Shown: positions 50,986-62,827 of the stretch, piece by piece | How positions within the stretch are numbered: position 1 is the stretch's first letter | Layout: each line of letters begins with the position of its first letter | Assembly: GCF_001194135.2 (NCBI RefSeq) | Contig: NC_068981.1 | Coordinates: forward strand, 167,904,090-167,968,089 | Direction of reading: 5' to 3' | Origin: Octopus bimaculoides | Taxonomy: Eukaryota | Length of the DNA: 64,000 bases | The notes under the pieces: model-generated | What the model saw: only the letters and a program-made list of their open reading frames with translations | Database searches by the model: none | What the model was told of the DNA's origin: nothing | Made by a program: the position numbers and the translations under genes

Positions 50986-51220
50986 ACTATTTCTTTACTG
51001 CCCACAAAGGGCTACACACAGAGGGGACAAACAAGGACAGACAAACGGATTAAGTCGATTACATCGACCCCAGTGCGTAACTGGTACTTAATTTATCGAC
51101 CCCGAAAGGATGAAAGGCAAAGTCGACCTCGGCAGAATTTGAACTCAGAACGTAACGATAGACGAAATACCGCTAAGCATTTCGCCCGGTGTGCTAACGT
51201 TTCTGCCAGCTCGCTGCCTT
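50986..51220 (-). mobile_element. Full-length SINE family A with 13-bp TSD
   Basis: TSD atgattgcctcat at 50973-50985 and 51221-51233. Confidence 0.92.
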
Positions 51221-51569
51221 ATGATTGCCTCATCCTGTCAGATGATAGTCGTCTCACATTCAAAGATAGTGAGACATCTGTGTGTCATTGGATTTAAGTG
51301 ACAAAAGCTTGCACAACACTTTTCAAACTCCCTCGTAAGCTATATTAGGTTCCAGCGACAAGTATTGCAAGATGATTGGTACTATTTTGACTACAAATTT
51401 CCTGTCAGCATATCTTTCCCCGAGAAGAGCTGTCTTCCCTACGACTTTGTCAAAAACAACGAGACCCTCCTCTACCCCCTGAGGTGCCGGTGTTTCTCCT
51501 TCCCCAATTTAATGTCATACCTAGGATACCATGCAAGTACTTATGACAGTTTGATATTCCTATAAAGTA

Positions 51570-51783
51570 AGGTGGCGAGGTGGCAGAATCGTTAGCAAGC
51601 CGAGTAAAATGCTTAGCGGCACTTCGTCCGTCTTCACGTTCTGAGTTCAAATTCCGCCGAGGTTGACTTTGCCTTTCATCCTCTCAAGGTCGATAAAACA
51701 AGTACCAGTTGAGTACTGAGGTCAATGTAATCGACTTTCCCCTCCCCCGAAATTGGTGGCTTTGTGCCAAACTTTGAAACCAG
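51570..51783 (+). mobile_element. SINE family A, tandem copy 1
   Basis: Complete head-to-tail match to A copies. Confidence 0.87.
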
Positions 51784-51798
51784 TATTCCTAAAAAGCA

Positions 51799-51958
51799 AG
51801 GCGGTGAGCTGGCATAATATTTAGCACGCCGGATGAAATGCGTAGCGGCATTTCGTCCGTCTTTACGTTCTGAGTTCAAATTCCACCGATATCGACGTCG
51901 ATGTAATCGACTTAACCCTCCCCAGAATTGCTGACCTTGTGCCAAAATTAGAAACCAG
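51799..51958 (+). mobile_element. SINE family A, tandem copy 2 (core deleted)
   Basis: Head and tail present; central core deleted between gtcga/tcga microhomologies. Confidence 0.85.
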
Positions 51959-52556
51959 TATTCCTATAAAGCATCTTCAATGTGAATATAAGTATAATAG
52001 GAGGCTAAAATTTTTCCTGCAGCGTCGACTTCCATTCCCTCGACCGGAAATTAATACGTCATTTCTTTTCCTTTATTTTCCCTCTTACAGTTTATTGTAT
52101 TTCTTTATTTGTTGAATTTAATTTCCTTTCTATATATTAGCATGCCTATAAGTTTTGTGATTATTTGAATAAATGCTTTTATAATTTCAATAAAACCAGA
52201 ATCGCATTTCAATTATTTGTTTGATAAATGTAGGTGGTGACCGTTTATTTATAAGAAAGGATTCACTTATGATATTTATCTGTTCTGTCGTAGTTTTGTC
52301 GTTTAGTATTATTTTGATTTGTTTCTGTCTACTTTATAGTTTTATTACAATTCTGTAAATATGAACGAATGGCTAACTCCTGCAAATGCATAATGAAAAA
52401 GTTATATATATATATATATATCTTTCTAGCAGGCTGGTATTTCGATACCCAAATGAATATGTATGTATATATATATATAAAGGCAACAAACGGAAATATG
52501 TTCCGTTTGTTGTCTTTTTATTTAATCCTGAAAATATGATTTATGTAACGCACGCA

Positions 52557-52700
52557 CGCGCAGGCGTGGCTGTGTGGTAAGAAATTTGCTTCCCAATCAC
52601 ATGGTTCTGGGTTCAGTCCCACTGCGTGGCTCCTCGGGCAAGTGTCTTCTACAAGTGTCTTTGTGAGGGGAACTGGTGGACGGAAAATGAAAGAAACCCG

Positions 52701-52705
<5 letters not shown>
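52557..52705 (+). mobile_element. SINE family B 5' half
   Basis: gcgcaggcgtggctgtgtggtaag..ggttcagtcccactgcgtggc..gggcaagtgtcttcta. Confidence 0.85.
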
Positions 52706-52738
<33 letters not shown>

Positions 52739-53700
52739 ATTGACATTCAGTTGGATTAGGTATTTAAGTTGAAGCACCATATCAGTGCGGTATTATCCGT
52801 ACAGCTCAAAGTAAGGTGAATAAAATCAAAATAATAGGATATCAAGAAGTGAAGCAGTACAACCGTTTCAAGCGACTCCATTTCATTGAACAATGCAATC
52901 ATTACATCAGTTTAAATGCAGGGCTATCCTCAGCTGCAGAAATAAATAAATAGAATTTTAATCAGTCGGACACAATATAATTTTACTGAAATACTCTAAT
53001 AGAACAAGAAGATAGAGAAAAAATCCATGTTGTCGCTGCTGTAGCTAAGAATATACTACACTTCCAAGAAATGTATGAAGTTTTTTTTTTTTTTTGGTGG
53101 GGGGGGCATTGTTTGTAAAGGATTGTAGTTCATTTTTAATTTATTAGTCTTTTTATCAACTACGAAATCTAAGACTAGAGGACTGTCTGTTTAGAATGGA
53201 GGGTAGGAGTGCGTTGACAGTTCATAGCTAGGTATGGTCATAAATATTGTCAAGATTTTAGAAGTAGTATAAAGTAACTAGCTATAAAGGAGGCTGGGTA
53301 GGGGGACACTCCGAATCAAGATGTTAATTGCCAGTTAAAGCGGCAAGAGAGATGTATGAGAGAGAGAGAGAGCTGAAAAAGATGTGGGTAACAGTAGACT
53401 GCGAGGTGAAAATGGTCGAGGCGGAAGAGAGAGCATAAGAGACAAGGATCGCCTTAGCAGCATTAAAGGTCTCCGGACAAATCAAGAATCTTAGGCGGGA
53501 GAAGTAAATCGATTACATCGTACCCAGTGCTCAACTGATACATTTTTTTTTTAAATGAAACCTGGAGAGATTAAAGACAAAGCTGAACTGGGGGGAATTT
53601 GAACTCAGAACGTAATTAGTTAGAAGAAATACTATAATGTTTTTGTCCGACAAACTAACGATTCTACCAGTTCACTTCAATGCATATAACTATATAACCT

Positions 53701-54052
53701 TTAAAGGATAAGTTTGGCGGCTGGATGGGAAACTTTTCACCTATCTTGAAGCTTTACTAATGTTATCTACATAAGTGAGTCAATAAGGTGCTGAACTGCA
53801 GATGAAATTAGTCAACAGCTCTTACCCAATCAATATTTTAACTTTGACTAATATTTCATTAATCTGAAACGCTGCCTTCATATCTTCATATAAGTAGAGC
53901 TTAAAGACTGCTGAATTCTTTCGAGCTGATTTGCCCTAGACACATTAGGTGCACAGAGTTATTCTGGGTATACTATTTTGCTTATTCGTTGGATACCCAT
54001 CATATACAAGATACACAGTTTTACTCCATGTACATTAGATACGCTGGTTTAT
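53701..54052. repeat. Unclassified direct repeat of about 350 bp, copy 1
   Basis: Colinear and highly similar to 57559-57910. Confidence 0.9.
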
Positions 54053-54125
54053 ATCAATGCAACAGGTTCTATAGTATTTATTTCTTGACAGCAAGCTACA
54101 GCATACATAGATCATAACTGGGCCT

Positions 54126-54206
54126 CTAGGCCAGTGAGGACATCCGAGTAACTCCTCTGTGCGCCCCAGCTTGCTGTCTCTTCCAGTGCCGTCTTAAAAG
54201 ACGGTA
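54126..54206 (-). CDS. Candidate terminal coding exon of an unidentified gene (YRLLRRHWKRQQAGAHRGVTRMSSLA*)
   Basis: Strong acceptor gtccttctgtctctcttacAG (54208-54207), GC-richer unique sequence, AATAAA at 54082-54077; no recognised homology. Confidence 0.25.
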   Translation of the reverse strand, partial: YRLLRRHWKRQQAGAHRGVTRMSSLA

Positions 54207-54615
54207 CTGTAAGAGAGACAGAAGGACATGATGAAAAAGCGTGTGAAATGGAAGAAAATACGATCGAGAAAACTAGGTTCCAGTTTAGTGGGGTGAGATT
54301 ACAGAGAGTGAATGAGACTGGATAGGAAGATGGAGACTTAATAAAAACGTTTATGAGGAGAGAAAGAGAGAGGAAAAAAACAAACATTTGTGAGAATAAC
54401 AGTAAAGTGGAGAGAGAAAAGGAAAGATAAAGAGAAAAGCTGGCAAAAATACCTTAGAATTGTGAATAGTAAAAGTAAGGAGGAGAATTTGAAACGGAGA
54501 GAAAGGGGAGAGGAAGAGTGTACGGTGAAAAAGTTGTTTGTTTTGTAAGTTAAATAAGACGTCTGTAATTCGTCTGTAATACTTGGCACACGACCCAAAA
54601 CATAAAGTATGAATA

Positions 54616-54960
54616 TGATGATCATGATGATGATGATTGTGATGATGATGATCGTGATCACTATCATCATCACCATCATCACCGTCATCATCTCGACGAA
54701 ACTTTTTTTTTAACGAATACGAATTGAAGTTTTGAAGAAGGATAAAAATATAATAATCGATTACATAGTTTCTCAAGTAGTAGTAGTAGTAGTACTAGAG
54801 GGGTTGTGGTGGTGGTGGTAAAATTGTAGAAGTGATAGTGGTGGTGGTGATAGTGGTGGTGGTGATGGTAGTGGTGGTGATGGTGATGGTGGTGATGGAG
54901 GTGGTGATGTTGGTGGTGGTGATGGTGATGGTAGTGGTGGTGGTGGTAGTGGTGGTGAAA
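54616..54960. repeat. (GAT/CAT)n, (TAG)n and (GGT/GAT)n trinucleotide tracts
   Basis: Direct reading. Confidence 0.9.
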
Positions 54961-54984
54961 GTTATTGTTGCTGTTATTTGGTTT

Positions 54985-55230
54985 TTGTTGTTGTTGTTGT
55001 TTAATCCAAGGTCAGCCCTGATCGAGCAGATCTACGATGTAAAGTATTCCAGTCGTGACCATCCATCTTATCCCTCTATGTATTGGGACCCCAGGTCCAC
55101 ATTACCCCAGGTCCACATTACCCCAGGTTCACATTACCCCAGGTCCACATTACCCCAGGACCACATTATCTAAGACAATATGGTATATGGTTTGAAGGAA
55201 ATTTCGCTGCTGTTTATAATATCATGTAAA
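54985..55230 (+). mobile_element. Family D repeat containing a 16-bp x5 tandem array
   Basis: (GTT)n-tttaatccaaggtcagccctgatcgagcagatc..; array ccccaggtccacatta at 55089-55168. Confidence 0.65.
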
Positions 55231-55368
55231 GGCTGTCACGTTGGCTATTTTCTTGATAATGGAGGCGATAAGGGTCGTTGCATTGGTCATTCTGATTAGG
55301 GTTCTAAATGCAGAGGTGGCGGTGATGGTGGTGGTAGTGGTGGCACTACTGCAGCTGATGCAGTTGTT

Positions 55369-55407
<39 letters not shown>

Positions 55408-55457
55408 GGTGGTGGNNNNNNNNNNNNNNNNNNNNNNNNNNNNNNNNNNNNNNNNNG

Positions 55458-55504
<47 letters not shown>

Positions 55505-55809
55505 GGTGGTGGTGGTGGAGATGGTGTTCGTGGTGCTACTATTGTTGCTGTAGTTGTTGTTGTTGGTGGTGGTAGTGGTGGCGGCGGTAGGGGCAGTGAT
55601 GCTATTTATTAGTGTATAGTAGTTGGTATTAATTCGTAGTTTGTAGCGCCAATACGTTAGCTGTTTTGTTTTTGTTTAGTTGTTATTTCTTGCATTTGTT
55701 TATCTACAATCACATCTATTTCTTTCATTCTTTCGTTATATTCTTTGAATCAGTCTGTTGCTTTTCTGTCCTTTTTTGCTTGCTTGTGTGTTTTACATTT
55801 TCGTTTTCT

Positions 55810-55888
<79 letters not shown>

Positions 55889-56914
55889 NNNNNNNNNNNN
55901 NNNNNNNNNNNNNNNNNNNNNNNNNNNNNNNNNNNNNNNNNNNNNNNNNNNNNNNNNNNNNNNNNNNNNNNNNNNNNNNNNNNNNNNNNNNNNNNNNNNN
56001 NNNNNNNNNNNNNNNNNNNNNNNNNNNNNNNNNNNNNNNNNNNNNNNNNNNNNNNNNNNNNNNNNNNNNNNNNNNNNNNNNNNNNNNNNNNNNNNNNNNN
56101 NNNNNNNNNNNNNNNNNNNNNNNNNNNNNNNNNNNNNNNNNNNNNNNNNNNNNNNNNNNNNNNNNNNNNNNNNNNNNNNNNNNNNNNNNNNNNNNNNNNN
56201 NNNNNNNNNNNNNNNNNNNNNNNNNNNNNNNNNNNNNNNNNNNNNNNNNNNNNNNNNNNNNNNNNNNNNNNNNNNNNNNNNNNNNNNNNNNNNNNNNNNN
56301 NNNNNNNNNNNNNNNNNNNNNNNNNNNNNNNNNNNNNNNNNNNNNNNNNNNNNNNNNNNNNNNNNNNNNNNNNNNNNNNNNNNNNNNNNNNNNNNNNNNN
56401 NNNNNNNNNNNNNNNNNNNNNNNNNNNNNNNNNNNNNNNNNNNNNNNNNNNNNNNNNNNNNNNNNNNNNNNNNNNNNNNNNNNNNNNNNNNNNNNNNNNN
56501 NNNNNNNNNNNNNNNNNNNNNNNNNNNNNNNNNNNNNNNNNNNNNNNNNNNNNNNNNNNNNNNNNNNNNNNNNNNNNNNNNNNNNNNNNNNNNNNNNNNN
56601 NNNNNNNNNNNNNNNNNNNNNNNNNNNNNNNNNNNNNNNNNNNNNNNNNNNNNNNNNNNNNNNNNNNNNNNNNNNNNNNNNNNNNNNNNNNNNNNNNNNN
56701 NNNNNNNNNNNNNNNNNNNNNNNNNNNNNNNNNNNNNNNNNNNNNNNNNNNNNNNNNNNNNNNNNNNNNNNNNNNNCTGTATATGTGTATACGTGCAGAC
56801 ATACACCTGTTTGTGTGTGTGTGTGTGATATATAATGTTATTTAAGCAAACTAAATTAATTTTTATGACTTTCTCACGGTGAAAGTGCATCGTGTTTTCT
56901 TAGTTTAAACAACA

Positions 56915-57010
56915 CTCCGTCTACCAAATCCACTCACAATGCTTTGGTCGGCCTGAGACTATAGTAGAAGACACTTGCCCAAGATGCCATGCAGTGGGAA
57001 TGAACCCGGA
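56915..57010 (-). mobile_element. SINE family B fragment
   Basis: ccgtctaccaaatccactcaca..ctatagtagaagacacttgcccaag..gaacccgga. Confidence 0.85.
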
Positions 57011-57558
57011 GGAGACGATGTAATCGATTTACTTCTCCCGCCTAAATTCTTGGCCTTGCACCAAGATTTGCAACCATTATATGTATGTGTCTAATGATGG
57101 CTGAAACGATGAGAGACAGAAAATATTCATATGTTCAGTTTTGACAGAAAAAATAACAGGGTAACAAGCTTCTAGATATTTTCACATCCTTCCGATACTT
57201 TTCCGTTTTAGTTACTATATTTCATCGAATTTTTATACAAGTAGTAATTTTCTGCTAAGGCATCTTGTTTGTTTTCGACTGATGATCAAATCACATTTGT
57301 TATTCAATAGAATTATGGGTGTGAAAACGGGCTTGTATCCAGAAAAAGATATATTTAACGTGTGTGTGTATGTGTCTTTCCGCTTCAGCCATCCTTATAT
57401 TGCTCTAAACATAAATTCATTTCATGTTTATGCGCAAACAACACTTGTTTCGTTCACTCTTTAAAAAAATGCAGAGAACTAGTGATTGGCTATTGGCTGC
57501 CACTTTCGGTTCAAATTTCTTACTAAGTTATTTTTCACGAACACATGCCAAACAAATT

Positions 57559-57910
57559 TTTAAAGATAAGTTTAGCGGCTGGATAGGAAACCTTCAACCT
57601 ATCTTGAGGCTTTACTAGTGTTATCTACATAGGTGAGTCAATAAGGTGCTGAATTGCAGGTCAAATTAGTCAACAGCTCTTACCCAATCAATACTCTAAC
57701 TTTGACTTATATTTCATTCGTCTGAAGCGTTGCCTTCATATCTTCATATAAGTAGAGCTTAAAAACTGCTGAATACCTTCGAGCTAGTTTCCCCTAGACG
57801 CATTAGATGCACAGAGTTGCTCTAGGTATACTATTTTGCTTATACGTTGGATACTCATCATTTACAAGATACACAATTTCACTCCATGTACATTAGATAT
57901 GCTGATTCAT
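57559..57910. repeat. Unclassified direct repeat of about 350 bp, copy 2
   Basis: Colinear and highly similar to 53701-54052. Confidence 0.9.
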
Positions 57911-58079
57911 AATAATTTTTTCTTATCAAGTTCAATATACTTTTTTGCTTTAATAATTACTATATAAATCAGTTTTACCTGCGTACATTATATATATTGA
58001 AATGTTCTTTGTGCACGCACCAGATGTCTTAATTTTTCTATGGATATTAGAAACTCTGATTTGTCTTTGATATACTAAT

Positions 58080-58320
58080 TTTCTAAACGTTTATAAGATA
58101 CATCGATTTGCTCTAGATGTACTAATTTCTCCTATGCACATTAGATACATTGATCTGCCATAGATAAGCTAGATACAACGAAGCTTCTTACGTGCATTAG
58201 ATATACACGTTTTGCCCTAGATTCACTAGATGGCGCTAATCTATTCTACGTACATTAGATACACCGGTTGCCCTAGATATAATGATTTGCACCAAATACA
58301 TTGATTTGTCTTAGACAAAA
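58080..58320. repeat. Degenerate minisatellite with period of about 56-58 bp
   Basis: cattagat at 58139, 58195, 58253; ttgccctagat at 58212 and 58268. Confidence 0.65.
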
Positions 58321-58654
58321 TATTCAAGCGATGATCCAGAAACCATATACATTATAGGGCAAATTATATTTTATAAGTATAGAATCTGATGTTTCTGAGT
58401 TCATATTACGTCGGTCGAGATCAATAAATTATTGACTAGGGGTTGAATATTCCGCTTTTACGGTTTCGACGTATGCAAATTCAGCGTGCAGGTGTATGTG
58501 CAAGTACATACATATCTTCATGTACGTATATAGAGAAAAATTGTTTGAAAGGTAGAGAGAGGTAATGATATTTAAAGTCGCACATATTCAACATTAAATA
58601 CACACACACACACATTACTTATTCATTTAATTTAGCTGATCCGGTGACCATTAC

Positions 58655-58824
58655 TTTGGTGTTTGATCGGTGTCTGGTTGCTTCATCGAACAGAAATGCT
58701 CGTAGTGGTCGATAGATCGTAACATGCAATTGGTTGTACAATGAACGGTATGTCGGCAAAAGCATATATTTGGCCAACCTTCCGCTGACATTCCAACGTA
58801 GTACATACAGGCCTTTAGCCACGA
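58655..58824 (-). CDS. Candidate internal coding exon (170 nt) of an unidentified gene
   Basis: Acceptor atctttctttgcatttttgtttcctctacAG, donor AAA/GTAATG; open frame (V)VAKGLYVLRWNVSGRLAKYMLLPTYRSLYNQLHVTIYRPLRAFLFDEATRHRSNTK; no recognised homology. Confidence 0.3.
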
Positions 58825-59097
58825 CTGTAGAGGAAACAAAAATGCAAAGAAAGATGGTATGAGAGTGGCGGAAGATATGGCTGGTAGGTGGCGATTGAGA
58901 TAACAATGTCATTTCTCCTTTCAGGAATGAAAATTTAGTATTTCTAGCTGATAGCGATGTGGATATGACTAAAGTAGTGAATCACGGCAAATGTATACCT
59001 CATGGAATAGTGCAATAGGCAGGATTGTGAAATAGCGAAACAGTGGTGTCCGAAGCAAATAGCAAAACACCAAAATACAAGAAACTCACTACTCAGC

Positions 59098-59140
<43 letters not shown>

Positions 59141-60452
59141 NNNNNNNNNNNNNNNNNNNNNNNNNNNNNNNNNNNNNNNNNNNNNNNNNNNNNNNNNNNN
59201 NNNNNNNNNNNNNNNNNNNNNNNNNNNNNNNNNNNNNNNNNNNNNNNNNNNNNNNNNNNNNNNNNNNNNNNNNNNNNNNNNNNNNNNNNNNNNNNNNNNN
59301 NNNNNNNNNNNNNNNNNNNNNNNNNNNNNNNNNNNNNNNNNNNNNNNNNNNNNNNNNNNNNNNNNNNNNNNNNNNNNNNNNNNNNNNNNNNNNNNNNNNN
59401 NNNNNNNNNNNNNNNNNNNNNNNNNNNNNNNNNNNNNNNNNNNNNNNNNNNNNNNNNNNNNNNNNNNNNNNNNNNNNNNNNNNNNNNNNNNNNNNNNNNN
59501 NNNNNNNNNNNNNNNNNNNNNNNNNNNNNNNNTATATATACGAGTGAGTGGACAAACGAAAGGCGGGCACTCAACCAATTTATTGGGAGTTACACGTATG
59601 GATCAAAACAGGTTGATTCAAGTTCGTTGGTACTCTTAGGTTTCAAACGTGGTGCTGGTCGTCAGCCTTATTGAATTTGAAATTTGAAATTCAAAATGTG
59701 AGTTTATTTTATGAACTCTTCAGTGGTGTTCCAACAATCCAATATAATCACGACTCCTTCATTATTTCATCCTGCAGCAACTAAAATTTGGTGTTATTCG
59801 TCTACAAGAAAGTTGTAATGGCAGTGAATGGCTTTGAATGATTATTTCGTCCTTGGTGAACTGTCAGCTACATTTAACATAGACAGCCTGTCATTACTAC
59901 AAATGACTCTAGATCCATTGATATTGTTGACCAAGAAGATTGGGACTCTGACTGAGTATCTTCTTGCTTTCTCTAGATCGCAAAGAGAATAGCCAATGGA
60001 AGACGGCTTTGCATGTATGCACTTCTCACTCTTCATATATTGAGAAGTTATATCAATTTATTCATCTATATATATATATCCACTCATTACAGTTAAATGA
60101 ATGGAGCTAATACACATTAGTTATATATTGATCACAGAAATAGTACAGTCCTAGAGAAATTATGCAGACTGTTTACTCCTTTCAACTGATAGTACAATAG
60201 TGAAGCGACTAAACCGGAAATATCATAGCTTCTTGAAACATGTTTTCGATTCTTAGAATGCATCTGACAAATTCTCCATGTTTCATCTTAGAAAATAATA
60301 GCATGCTATAACGGCATTAAAAAATAATAAACCCATCTCTACTCTATCTATAACACGATTTCAATAGGGCTACAAAACAATAACAACATGATTTTTACAT
60401 TAGGTGAATGATTTTAAAATTTATCTGTTTTATACTCTCAACGCTCTCCTTT

Positions 60453-60453
<1 letters not shown>

Positions 60454-60497
<44 letters not shown>

Positions 60498-60536
60498 NNN
60501 NNNNNNNNNNNNNNNNNNNNNNNNNNNNNNNNNNNN

Positions 60537-60604
<68 letters not shown>
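60454..60604. repeat. (CT)n microsatellite with internal gap
   Basis: Direct reading. Confidence 0.95.
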
Positions 60605-60611
<7 letters not shown>

Positions 60612-61034
60612 TAGTGCTTTAGTTCTTAAGGTTGACTATCGTTTAAGAAACAAAAGAATGCAGCTATAGAAATATCTATCATTACATATCTTGTAGATAA
60701 TTCCGCTGAATAAGTTCTTCGGTTATCTTTCGATTCCATTGCACTTAGATCAAAATGTTCCCTAGACAGCATTCTTCGGAGATATTAATAGCTATTATCA
60801 TGTTACATTTTATATTTCATCATCTACAAGCGTAAATAGAAATTTAATCTAGAACGTTATCCTACCTCAGACTATATGTAACGCTTCAACTATGGGGCGA
60901 AATTGAATTCATAATCTATTGTATATGCAACATATATACATACATATATATATATATTATTCGGAAAACTGATAAATATTTTGAATATGTGTGTGTAATA
61001 GTTATTATTATTGTTATTATTATTATTATTATTT

Positions 61035-61230
61035 CTAAGGCGTTGGTATGCCGGACAAAATTCTTAGCAACATTTCGTCCGCCTTTATGTTCTGAGTTCA
61101 AATTACGCCGAGATCGACTTAGTCTTTCATCCTTTCGGGGTCGATAAAATAAATACCAGTCAAGCACTGGGGTCGGTGTAATCGACTGTCCCCAAATTCC
61201 AGGCCTTGTGCCTATAATAGAAAAGATTAT
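61035..61230 (+). mobile_element. SINE family A
   Basis: ttctgagttcaaattacgccgagatcgac..ctttcatcctttcggggtcgataaaata..ccttgtgcc; (ATT)n tail. Confidence 0.8.
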
Positions 61231-61299
61231 TATTGTTGTTGTTGTTGCTGTTGCTGCTGCTGCTGTCGTCGTCGTCGTCGTTGTTGTTGTTGTTGTTGT

Positions 61300-61510
61300 T
61301 AAAATTGGTGAGCTGGCAGAATAGTTAGAGCGTCGGCTCTATTTGTTCTTCTGGCTCTTTCCTTTCTACGTTCAAATCCAGCCAAGATTTACTTTACCTT
61401 TCGTGGGTCGCTGAAAATATATTACCAGTCAAGTACTGGTGTCAATAGTATCAGCTATCCCACCACCCTTCAAAATTGCTGGCCTTGTGCTAAAGCTAGA
61501 AAGAATTATT
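61300..61510 (+). mobile_element. Degraded SINE family A
   Basis: ggtgagctggcagaatagttag..accagtcaagtactgg..aaaattgctggccttgtgc. Confidence 0.65.
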
Positions 61511-61533
61511 ATAGCTGTTGCTACTACTGCTGC

Positions 61534-61585
<52 letters not shown>

Positions 61586-61591
<6 letters not shown>

Positions 61592-61706
61592 TCACCTCGG
61601 GAAACATGGGTATTTTGTTCATTATCCTTAATCAAACCTTATTCAGGGACCTCTTGAGTGATATGGGCTACTCAGCCTGAAGAAAATTCTAACTGGGCCC
61701 CACCTG
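61586..61706 (+). mobile_element. Family G internal piece
   Basis: Homologous to about 6950-7070 (aataattcacc..gggccccacctg). Confidence 0.8.
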
Positions 61707-61837
61707 AAGAAGAAGAAGAAGAAGAAGAAGAAGAAGAAGAAGAAGAAGAAGAAGAAGAAGAAGAAGAAGAAGAAGAAGAAGAAGGAGAAGAAGAAGAAGA
61801 AGAAGAAGAAGAAGAAGAAGAAGAAGAAGAAGAAGAA
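61706..61837. repeat. (GAA)n microsatellite, about 44 units
   Basis: Direct reading. Confidence 0.97.
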
Positions 61838-61952
61838 ATGCCCTGATGCAGTACTAGCAGTGGCTCTCATGGCTTCTCATCTTAACTGATTGGAAGTGTT
61901 ATCATGTACATTGTTTTGTCTTGGTATAAAAGATGAGCTACAATAAATATTC
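61838..61952 (+). mobile_element. Family G 5' piece
   Basis: Ends in ggtataaaagatgagctacaataaatattc, homologous to 6768-6798. Confidence 0.7.
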
Positions 61953-62054
61953 CGTGGTCGATAAAATAAGTACCAGTTGAACATTGGGGTCAATGTAATC
62001 GACTCATCTTCTCTCCCAAAATTGCTGCTCTTAAGGCAAAATTTGAAATTATTA

Positions 62055-62115
<61 letters not shown>

Positions 62116-62116
<1 letters not shown>

Positions 62117-62792
62117 TTCACATACACACAGCATATTAGACTGTTGGAAAAGAAAAAGCCCTAACATCAGACTACAACAAGTAACCTTAGATGCCAAGAA
62201 CCCTCCAAAGTATCCTAGCTGTCCCTAATAACACTGTTTTCTGCAGCTGTACTAAAGTGGGGTTTATGCTTGTTTCCTCTATCCATCTGTTCAGATCTTT
62301 AGGGATCGTTCCCAATATACCTATAACTACTGGGATACATTTTATCCGTACTTTCCATAGTCTCTTTGATTCAATGGCTAGGTCCTGGTGCTTTTTTCAT
62401 CAACTGGGACTGTAAAGTCAATTACCTGGTACTTTCTATTCTCTTTATCTACTACTACTATTACTACTACTACTACTACTAAATCAGGCCTTCTAGTTCC
62501 TATTACTCGGTCAGTCTGAATGTCCCACATCTTGTATTTCTTACTTTTTAGTACTTTACTAGGTTCATGTTCATACCCTTGGTTAGTATGTTCAAATTCT
62601 AGCTTTCTACATAGCTCCCAGTGGATTACTCTCCCTAGGTTGTCATATCGATTCTTGTATTCTTTCTGTACCGGCATGCTACATTCACTTACTATATGAG
62701 TATCGCTTTCCTCTTTTGATTTGCATAGCCTACATTGGGAATCTACTTGGTTTTTGTCTATCTTGGCTTTTATCTAATTAGTCCTTAAAGCT
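62116..62792 (-). mobile_element. 5'-truncated Dong/R4-like RLE LINE (family gamma)
   Basis: QALRTN*IKAKID..CRLCKSKEESDTHIVSEC..RYDNLGRVIHWELC..WDIQTD..RRPDLV..IDFTVP..QKTVLLGTARILWRVLGI*; (AAT)n on both flanks. Confidence 0.9.
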
Positions 62793-62794
62793 TG

Positions 62795-62827
<33 letters not shown>

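Noticed and set aside
51555-51973. CRISPR-like repeat-spacer reading of the triple 15-bp repeat (also considered for 55089-55168 and 63217-63297)
   Set aside because: The spacers are SINE copies or absent, the context is eukaryotic and there are no cas genes.
53701-57910. LTR retrotransposon interpretation of the 350-bp direct repeats
   Set aside because: No TG..CA termini, PBS, PPT or gag/pol remnants lie between the repeats.
68-61870. Long ORFs of poly-I, poly-N, CV/HT/YI repeats, poly-E and X-runs in the ORF track
   Set aside because: They are translations of (AAT)n, (GT)n, (AT)n, (GAA)n microsatellites and N-gaps, not genes.
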